From positions 16,974-80,973 of the forward strand of contig DAOSDU010000007.1 in the NCBI GenBank assembly GCA_035362715.1: a DNA stretch of 64,000 bases, in the 5' to 3' direction. The stretch is from Methanofastidiosum sp. GTDB lineage: Archaea; Methanobacteriota_B; Thermococci; Methanofastidiosales; Methanofastidiosaceae. This document shows, one piece after another, positions 21,428 through 28,885 of this stretch. The notes beneath the pieces were generated by a model. The model had not been told where the DNA came from. It did not search any database and was given only the letters and a program-made list of their open reading frames with translations. The number at the start of each line of letters is the position of its first letter. Positions within the stretch are counted from its first letter, which is position 1. Both the position numbers and the translations under genes were made by a program.

Positions 21428-21514
21428 TTGATTAGGATATCCTAATGTTTATAAGTCTTTTGTAGGGATGGTCTTGGAGCTCTATTGTGCGATTAATAAT
21501 TAGTAATCTAGTTA

Positions 21515-21556
21515 TAGTTAGTTAAGTTAAACTAAAACGATTTTACTAAGTTTATT
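21515..21556. repeat. 42-bp direct repeat, copy A
   Basis: tagttagttaagttaaactaaaacgattttactaagtttatt; 39/42 identical to 22476-22517; contains the stop codon of the DUF1638 gene. Confidence 0.85.
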
Positions 21557-22424
21557 TCTCATAAATTTCTGAGATTGTCCTTTCAAGACTATCGTTTAAT
21601 AGTCTAATAGTACCTTCTCTATAGGACAGTCTTAGATCTATTTCAGAAGATATTGTTTCACATTTATTTTTGTATTCTGGACAATTAGAACAATCATATT
21701 CTAATGCAACAATCTGATTATAATTCGCTTCTCTTAGTAAATATTTTGTCATTTCAGTGCCATCAAATTTTTCAATTCCCAATTTATCTCCGATTTCTTT
21801 TAGCCGGTTTTCACCTATAGTTTCAATTTTTCTTTTACTGAAAAGTCCCCAATGACTAGCATACCCCGGAGTCAAAAAAAATGTACCAGGTTCTTTAGTT
21901 AATATCTCTAAATACTCGGATTTACTACCTAGAAGAGCACATACACAGTCATCAACTATTTCTTTATTTTCATCCTTTAGAATATCAAAAGGTATTCTTA
22001 CTCGATTATCTTTCAACATACCTTCTAGGTTATTCATGGAATTGCCACATAATCCATAATAAAGCAGAAGATAGTCAGAATGTTTCTGCAATTCTATACA
22101 AGCTTTCAATACTTCTTCTTTTAATTCTCCTGGGCTATAATGGAGAAATAGTGGCAACATATATACTATTAATTCAAGTTTTTCTTCTCTTTTGAGGTAT
22201 CTTGGGGCAAATAATTCCCTAGCTATCTTTATTTTTTCATAAGGAAAGTTACTTCTGATAACGTTCTCAAAATACTTTGAAGACTCTGTATCTACAATAA
22301 TTATTTTACCTATTTCGGGATGTTCTTTTATAACAAATAAAAGTTCATCTTCAAATACTTCACAACTTATAATTCCAATTCTCTTAGAATTTTGTTTGTT
22401 AGTATCATCTAATTTCTGGAGCAT
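21552..22424 (-). CDS. DUF1638-family Cys-containing protein
   Basis: ISCEVFEDE, LHYSPGEL, YGLCGN, DDCVCALLG, GTFFLTPG. Confidence 0.75.
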   Translation of the reverse strand: MLQKLDDTNKQNSKRIGIISCEVFEDELLFVIKEHPEIGKIIIVDTESSKYFENVIRSNFPYEKIKIARELFAPRYLKREEKLELIVYMLPLFLHYSPGELKEEVLKACIELQKHSDYLLLYYGLCGNSMNNLEGMLKDNRVRIPFDILKDENKEIVDDCVCALLGSKSEYLEILTKEPGTFFLTPGYASHWGLFSKRKIETIGENRLKEIGDKLGIEKFDGTEMTKYLLREANYNQIVALEYDCSNCPEYKNKCETISSEIDLRLSYREGTIRLLNDSLERTISEIYEK

Positions 22425-22475
22425 ATTACCAATTAACTCTGATTCTTATTTTTAAGAGTTTTCATTAATTAGATC

Positions 22476-22517
22476 TAGTTAATTAAGTTTAACTAAAATG
22501 ATTTTACTAAGTTTATT
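22476..22517. repeat. 42-bp direct repeat, copy B
   Basis: tagttaattaagtttaactaaaatgattttactaagtttatt; includes the TAGTTAA-N6-TTAACTA inverted repeat. Confidence 0.85.
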
Positions 22518-22615
22518 CAAAAAATATTTTAATATACTGTTGATAAGAAATAACTTTTCTTATATATTATAGTTGTGATAATAAGTTTTTTAAAAGATTA
22601 CATCGTTGATAAATC

Positions 22616-24394
22616 ATGAAAAGAGAACTTCTAATGGGCAATGAAGCAATTGCCTTAGGCGCTTTTGAAGCCGGTGTTGAAGTTGTTGCAGCCTATCCTG
22701 GTACACCATCAACAGAAATTCCTGAGACTGCTGCACGATTTGCCAAACAGTACGGCGTTTATGTTGAATTTTCTACTAATGAGAAGGTTGCACTCGAGGT
22801 AGGAATCGGGGCATCTTGGGCGGGAAAAAGAGCCCTTGTAACAATGAAGCATGTCGGAGTTAATGTTGCATCTGATTCGTTTATGACTTTAGCTTATACA
22901 GGTGTTGACGGAGGATTTGTCCTTGTTTCTGCTGATGAGCCAGAATGCCATTCTTCTCAGAATGAGCAGGATAATAGAATATATGCCAGATTTGCAAATG
23001 TACCATGTTTAGATCCATCTTCTGCTCAGGAATGCAGGGATATGATAATATTTGCATATGACCTATCTGAGTTGTTTTCTATACCTGTAATTTTAAGGCC
23101 AACTACTAGAGTATGTCACGGAAGGGGAGATGTAGAGTTAGGAGAAATAAATATCCAAAAAAGAGAAGGTAAATTCACAAAGGATGTTACAAAGTATGTC
23201 ACCGTTCCATCTCACACAAGGGTATTACATAAAAAGCTTTTAGAGAAAATGGAAAAAATTAGAGAATTTGTTGAGAATTCTAATCTTAATTATGCTATCC
23301 CCGGGGACGGAAAGACTGGGATCATTGTCATTGGAGCATCTTTTAATTATTTGATGGAATCTCTGAATATTTTAGGCATTAACCCCCCAATATTAAAAAT
23401 TGGAGTTTCACATCCTTTAGCAAAAAATAAAGTATTATCCTTTATTAAAGATCTTGAAAAAGTCGTAATTGTTGAAGAACTTGAGCCAGTTATCGAAAAT
23501 GATGTAAAAATATTAATGGCCGAGAACCAATTGAACTTGAAGCTGTATGGGAAGAATATATTTTCAAGAACTGGTGAGTATTCTACGGATCTAGTAACTG
23601 AAATACTTTCAAAATTTTTTAGGATTGATGTATCTAAAGAACAACCTAAAAATATTACTATTCCTAATAGGGCTCCATTATTATGTGCTGGATGTCCACA
23701 CAGATCAACGTTTTATGCAATAAAAAAGGTAACTAGAGGGAAGGCCATATTCCCCTCGGATATCGGTTGCTATACTCTTGGATTCTCAAGACCTCTCCAG
23801 ACAGTTGATACATGCATTGCCATGGGCTCAAGTTTTGGGATAGCATGCGGTCTTGCAAAATCTGTAAATGAGCCAATTGTTGCAACTTTGGGGGACTCTA
23901 CATTTTTCCATGCAGGAATACCTCCATTAATCAATGCCAAATATAACAATGCCAAGATTGTAGCAGTGATCCTTGACAATTTAACTACCGCTATGACTGG
24001 TCATCAACCTCATCCTGGAACGCAGCTAACTGCTATGGGAGAACCTGCAAGCCCTGTATCTATTGAGAAGCTGATTGCCGGTATGGATATACCAGTCGAA
24101 GTCGTAAATGCAACTGATGTAAAAAGCATTGAAGATGCTCTAAAAAGAGCACTTGAAAGTGAACAGGTATATGCTATTGTATCAAGAGGGCCATGTGTTC
24201 TCCTAAAGGGCATAGATAAGAGGCCCATCTATAGGGTAGAAGTATCTATATGCAGGGCATGCAAAGCATGTATCAAGCTATCGGGGTGCCCTGCTTTAGA
24301 ATTTAAGGATGGTCACTCAAGTATTAATCCAACAGTATGCACTGGATGCGGATTATGCGCCCACATATGTCCTGTAGAAGCAATAGTTAGATAA
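22616..24394 (+). CDS. iorA: indolepyruvate:ferredoxin oxidoreductase alpha subunit
   Basis: GNEAIA, YPGTPSTE, KHVGVN, SSQNEQD, LCAGCPHR, GDSTFFHAG, C-terminal 2[4Fe-4S] motifs. Confidence 0.93.
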   Translation: MKRELLMGNEAIALGAFEAGVEVVAAYPGTPSTEIPETAARFAKQYGVYVEFSTNEKVALEVGIGASWAGKRALVTMKHVGVNVASDSFMTLAYTGVDGGFVLVSADEPECHSSQNEQDNRIYARFANVPCLDPSSAQECRDMIIFAYDLSELFSIPVILRPTTRVCHGRGDVELGEINIQKREGKFTKDVTKYVTVPSHTRVLHKKLLEKMEKIREFVENSNLNYAIPGDGKTGIIVIGASFNYLMESLNILGINPPILKIGVSHPLAKNKVLSFIKDLEKVVIVEELEPVIENDVKILMAENQLNLKLYGKNIFSRTGEYSTDLVTEILSKFFRIDVSKEQPKNITIPNRAPLLCAGCPHRSTFYAIKKVTRGKAIFPSDIGCYTLGFSRPLQTVDTCIAMGSSFGIACGLAKSVNEPIVATLGDSTFFHAGIPPLINAKYNNAKIVAVILDNLTTAMTGHQPHPGTQLTAMGEPASPVSIEKLIAGMDIPVEVVNATDVKSIEDALKRALESEQVYAIVSRGPCVLLKGIDKRPIYRVEVSICRACKACIKLSGCPALEFKDGHSSINPTVCTGCGLCAHICPVEAIVR

Positions 24395-24575
24395 TATTTA
24401 ATATATTTCTTCTATTTTATATTGAATATTTTTCATATTTAAAATCTATATTTTTTTAAAAGTAATAAAAATTTTTAAGTATATTATTTATTGCCGTTAG
24501 GCTTTTAACATTGAAAAATCAAATATATTGAAGGTTGTATATTAATATTCTTATAATCTCAAGGGAGTTGAAGAA

Positions 24576-24800
24576 ATGGTGGAAATAAAAATTGATGTTA
24601 AAGGTCAAACTTGTCCTGTACCCCTAGTTGAATGTAGAAAAGCGTTGCGAAAAGCAGCAGTTGGAGATATAGTCGAGATAGAGGGAACACATCCTGCGTC
24701 TAAGAAGGAAATACCCATGGCTGTGAAGGCGTTAGGGTATAAGATTGTATCCATTGAAGAGGAGGGCAATACGTGGAAGATAAAAATATGCAAGAATTAG
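24576..24800 (+). CDS. tusA: TusA/SirA-family sulfur carrier
   Basis: DVKGQTCPVP (CPxP). Confidence 0.9.
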   Translation: MVEIKIDVKGQTCPVPLVECRKALRKAAVGDIVEIEGTHPASKKEIPMAVKALGYKIVSIEEEGNTWKIKICKN

Positions 24801-25228
24801 CTAATCAAAAAAAGAATAAAGCCACGATAATTGTTCATAGCGGGGATATGGATAAAATTTACAGTGCACTAATAATAGGAAATGGAGCACTTTCAATGGG
24901 CATGGAAGTTTCGTTGTACTTCACTTTTTTTGGACTTCAGAGATTAAAGAAAGGCGGGCTTGAAAAAGGGCCACTCTCAAAGATGCACATGCTGGGATTA
25001 GGTAAAATGATGATAAAGAAGAAAATGGAAAAAGCTAATGTGGCTTCTTTAGAGAAAATGATAACAGACTTCAAAGAACTTGGAGGTAAAATACTGGCTT
25101 GTGATATGACTATGGAGGTAATGGGAGTAAAGCCTGAAGATCTAAGACAAGACCTAATTAATGATTACTGTTCTGTTGGGACATATATTCAAGAAGCAAT
25201 GGAATCAAGCATGACGCTGTTTATTTAA
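24788..25228 (+). CDS. DsrE/DsrF/DrsH-like (DsrE2-type) sulfurtransferase
   Basis: YFTFFGL, ILACDMTMEVMG; overlaps the tusA end; alternative start at 24773. Confidence 0.85.
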   Translation: MQELANQKKNKATIIVHSGDMDKIYSALIIGNGALSMGMEVSLYFTFFGLQRLKKGGLEKGPLSKMHMLGLGKMMIKKKMEKANVASLEKMITDFKELGGKILACDMTMEVMGVKPEDLRQDLINDYCSVGTYIQEAMESSMTLFI

Positions 25229-25242
25229 TATGGTGAATCAGA

Positions 25243-26409
25243 ATGGAAAAAAATATTTACCTTGATAATGCGGCCGCAACAAGATTGGACGAGAGAGTTT
25301 TAGAATCTATGAAAAAATATTTCTTTGAAGTATATGCAGTTGCAACTTCAGAATTTGGATATTCGTTAGGCATTGAAGCTAGAGAATCTCTAGATGAGGC
25401 TAGAGGATTTATTGCCAATTATATTGGAGCTGATTTTGGAGAAATTATTTTCACTTCAGGAAGCACTGAATCTAGTAATATGGCCTTAAAAGGAGTTGCA
25501 ATGGCACTAAAAGAAAAAAAAGGCAAGCACATAATTGTATCAAAAATTGAAGACTTTCCAGTTCTTAATAGTGCAAGGAGTCTTGAAAAACAGGGATTTG
25601 AAGTTACCTATCTTGATGTTGACCAATATGGGCTGATTGACTTTGATCAGCTTGAAAAATCTATAAGAAAAGACACTATTCTAGTATCAATTCAGCATGC
25701 CAATCAAGAGATTGGCACAATGCAAGACATTGCTAAAATAGCAAACATTTGTAAAAATAAAAGTGTGCTTTTTCACACAGATGCAACACATACCTTCACA
25801 AGAGTTCCAATTGATGTTAGGAAAATTCCAGTTGATCTAGTTACTTTGTCTGCTCACACTATCCATGGACCTAAAGAGACGGGAGCATTATTTATCCGTA
25901 AGAACACTCCGTTCTCAAAGTGGATGGACGGAGGATTTCAAGAATTTAACAAGCGTGCAGGATTAGAAAATATCCCTGGGGCGGTAGGATTTGCAAAAGC
26001 TATTGAACTAGTAACTCCTGAAGAGACTAAGAAAATGGAGCAGATGAGAGATCACCTCGTTAAAAGAGTATTATCTGAGATACCAGACACAACTTTGAAT
26101 GGGCATAAAGAAAAAAGAATTCCTCAAAATGCGAATATTACATTTCACTATGTAGAAGGAGAATCAATTACGCTTCATCTTGACATGAGAGGATTTTCGG
26201 TCAGTACAGGTTCTGCATGCTTCAGTAAATCCCTTGAGGCAAGCCATGTTATAATGGGCATCGGTGGGGATCACGAGAGGGCGCATGGTTCTGTTCGATT
26301 TACATTTGGCAGATACAATACTATTGATGATGTTGATTCGATTGTGAATAATATATCTGAAGTTGTAACGGAACTTAGAAAAATTAGCCCGTTGGGCAAG
26401 AATCGATAA
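25243..26409 (+). CDS. iscS: IscS/NifS-like protein lacking the PLP lysine
   Basis: YLDNAAAT, FTSGSTES, HANQEIGT, TGSAC; SAHTIHGPK in place of SxHKxxGPK. Confidence 0.85.
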   Translation: MEKNIYLDNAAATRLDERVLESMKKYFFEVYAVATSEFGYSLGIEARESLDEARGFIANYIGADFGEIIFTSGSTESSNMALKGVAMALKEKKGKHIIVSKIEDFPVLNSARSLEKQGFEVTYLDVDQYGLIDFDQLEKSIRKDTILVSIQHANQEIGTMQDIAKIANICKNKSVLFHTDATHTFTRVPIDVRKIPVDLVTLSAHTIHGPKETGALFIRKNTPFSKWMDGGFQEFNKRAGLENIPGAVGFAKAIELVTPEETKKMEQMRDHLVKRVLSEIPDTTLNGHKEKRIPQNANITFHYVEGESITLHLDMRGFSVSTGSACFSKSLEASHVIMGIGGDHERAHGSVRFTFGRYNTIDDVDSIVNNISEVVTELRKISPLGKNR

Positions 26410-26421
26410 GGAGGGAATGAT

Positions 26422-27057
26422 ATGAAATTTCCATATAGTGAAAAAGTGTTGGAGCATTTTCGTCATCCACATAACGTAGGTAAAATAGAAAATCCAGATG
26501 GCAAAGCAACCGAAGGAAGCCCTGCATGCGGGGACATGGTTTCAGTTTATATAAAAGTAAATCCTATGAATAAGGTTATTGAGGATATAAAATTTGAGTC
26601 TTATGGTTGTGCATCCAATATTGCAACAGGCTCGATTATTACCGATATGGCCAAGGGAAAAACTCTTGAGGAAGCAAAGAAAATTACTTGGCAACAGGCA
26701 GCAGATGCTTTAGGGGGATTACCGACAATAAAAGCGCACTGCTCGGTATTGGCTGTTGAAGGACTAAGGGCAGCAATCCAAAACTATGAAGAAAAACATG
26801 GAATTATCGCAGAGAAAGTTCCTACAACAATAGAGATTGTGAACAATAGATTGAAGAAAGTGATGAATCCTTTAACAGGTCTTGATGTTGTTAGAACAAA
26901 TCTTATTAAGAAAATAGAAATCAACAACGGTAAAGTTTTACTTACAATAGATCTGCCCTCCAATCATCAATTCGCCAATTCGATAAGAGAAGAGATCAAA
27001 GAAAAGATTGAAACTTTATGGGATGTAAAAGAAGTAAGTGTTGAGTTTATAGATTAA
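26422..27057 (+). CDS. iscU: IscU/NifU scaffold fused to a DUF59/SufT-like domain
   Basis: YSEKVLEHF, ACGD, YGCAS, KAHCS; C-terminal LKKVMNPLTGLDVV...VSVEF. Confidence 0.88.
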   Translation: MKFPYSEKVLEHFRHPHNVGKIENPDGKATEGSPACGDMVSVYIKVNPMNKVIEDIKFESYGCASNIATGSIITDMAKGKTLEEAKKITWQQAADALGGLPTIKAHCSVLAVEGLRAAIQNYEEKHGIIAEKVPTTIEIVNNRLKKVMNPLTGLDVVRTNLIKKIEINNGKVLLTIDLPSNHQFANSIREEIKEKIETLWDVKEVSVEFID

Positions 27058-27177
27058 TTTTTTTATATTAATTATTATTTTATCATTTGCTTTAGATTTA
27101 GCTTTACCCATAAGTTAATAAAATAATATATCTCATCATGATTAAGGCAATCCTGTAAAAATCCAAAGGTATTAATT

Positions 27178-28017
27178 ATGGGCCAACCAGATGAAAAAAT
27201 TTCTCTTGAAAATCCAATTATTATTGTCAGTGTTTATTTTGTTATGGGAATCGTATGGATTATATTCTCTGACGTATTTTTGGCTATGCGTGTAAAAGAC
27301 GTTCCTACGTTGGTTTTTTTCCAAACTTTTAAAGATATATTATTTATATTATTGACTTCCTTATTGGTCTTTTATTTGATAAATCGTGGATTTAACAAAA
27401 TAAAATCATCCACTCAAATTATGACTGAAAGTGAGAGAAAGAATAAGATTATACTGGACACCGTTGGAGATATTATTCTTTATGTCGATAAATACGGAAA
27501 AATATTAGACATTAATAAAAGAATTGAAACAAAATTGGGTTACAAGAAAGAAGAACTAATTGGGAAAAGTTTCACGGATGTGGGGATTCTTGATGTCAAA
27601 TATACCCCTACTTTAGCTAAGATGTATAGGCAAGGAATAAGCAATAAATCTGACGAAAGAATAGAACTAGAATTAAATCACAAAAATGGCAGCACAATTA
27701 TGGCTGAAGCCAATAATAAGTTTATTATACAAAATGGCGAAATCATTGGGGCAGTGACTGCATTTAGGGATATTACAGAAAGAAAAAAGGCTTTAGTTCA
27801 AATAGAAAATAATATTGAAAAATTTGCTCATCTTATTGATCATATCCGGAATCCATTGGCAATACTTAGCACCTTCACACATGTTAGAATAAATGAACCA
27901 GAGATAAAACAAAACTTATTAGTCCAGATTGAGAAGATCGATGATGTCATAAAACAACTGGATGAGGGCTGGATGAATACTGAAGATACCCGAAAATTTT
28001 TGAAAGACTATAAATAA
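27178..28017 (+). CDS. membrane PAS-domain protein with His-less HisKA-like C-terminus
   Basis: Two TMs, PAS, RDITERK, IDHIRNPL...LDEGW; no ATPase domain. Confidence 0.8.
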   Translation: MGQPDEKISLENPIIIVSVYFVMGIVWIIFSDVFLAMRVKDVPTLVFFQTFKDILFILLTSLLVFYLINRGFNKIKSSTQIMTESERKNKIILDTVGDIILYVDKYGKILDINKRIETKLGYKKEELIGKSFTDVGILDVKYTPTLAKMYRQGISNKSDERIELELNHKNGSTIMAEANNKFIIQNGEIIGAVTAFRDITERKKALVQIENNIEKFAHLIDHIRNPLAILSTFTHVRINEPEIKQNLLVQIEKIDDVIKQLDEGWMNTEDTRKFLKDYK

Positions 28018-28042
28018 TTATTAATATCTTAATGAATGTATC

Positions 28043-28702
28043 TTATTCGAATATATCTAACCATTCTGATATTCCTATATTTTTCTTTACAGATGTTTTG
28101 ATAATTTTTATTTTAGGATTAAGCGAAAGACAATCCCTTTCCATTTTTTCGGGGCTTGCATCAACAGCTTCGGCGATATCAATTTTATTGATTATACAAA
28201 CATCTGAAAACCTGAATATTATTGGGTGTTTCAATACTATATCATCTCCCTCACTTACACTGACAATAACAATTCTTTTGTCTTCACCAAGTGTAAAATC
28301 TGAAGGGCATATTAAATTTCCCACATTTTCCATTATAAAATAATCGAGTTCTTGGAGAATTCCTCTTTCCTCTAGATCTTCCAGTTCATGGGATATCAAG
28401 TGTGCATCCAGATGGCACTCCTTTCCAGTATTTAATGGAATTACAAGGCATTTGTGTTTTCTAAATCTATTAGAGTCATACTCAGCAACTACATCTCCTG
28501 CAATAATGCCAATTTTTTTTCCTTTTTTCACTAAAGCATCAATGGCAATTTCTATTAGAGAAGTTTTTCCAGAGCCTATCGCACCCATTACATTATAAGA
28601 TTTAATTCCATATTTCTTTAGAAGTTTACTATTATCATTTGCTATCATTGAATTCTCTTTTATGATGTCTTTTTCAATGTCAATGCTTGCTGTTTTATGC
28701 AT
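28043..28702 (-). CDS. hypB: hydrogenase nickel-insertion GTPase
   Basis: GAIGSGKT, ECHLDAH, ENVGNLICP, NKID. Confidence 0.93.
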   Translation of the reverse strand: MHKTASIDIEKDIIKENSMIANDNSKLLKKYGIKSYNVMGAIGSGKTSLIEIAIDALVKKGKKIGIIAGDVVAEYDSNRFRKHKCLVIPLNTGKECHLDAHLISHELEDLEERGILQELDYFIMENVGNLICPSDFTLGEDKRIVIVSVSEGDDIVLKHPIIFRFSDVCIINKIDIAEAVDASPEKMERDCLSLNPKIKIIKTSVKKNIGISEWLDIFE

Positions 28703-28885
28703 AATATAAAAAAATAATATTTATTTAAATAATTAATGATATAAGAACAAGCATTCAAATCGAACATTAGAAATAATTTTTGCAATATCAAATTTTAAAA
28801 ATCGTTTACCAAAAGATTTATAATTAACAAATTAATCAATAAAATAGTTTGGACTAACATATGAATTGGAGGGATTTATATTAGC

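Noticed and set aside
21515..22517. Direct repeats read as a CRISPR array or IS ends
   Set aside because: Only two copies, 961 bp apart, in direct orientation, with no cas or transposase gene
25243..26409. iscS as a pseudogene
   Set aside because: Full-length ORF with no frameshift or stop; changes concentrate in PLP/substrate residues while structural motifs and the catalytic-loop Cys remain
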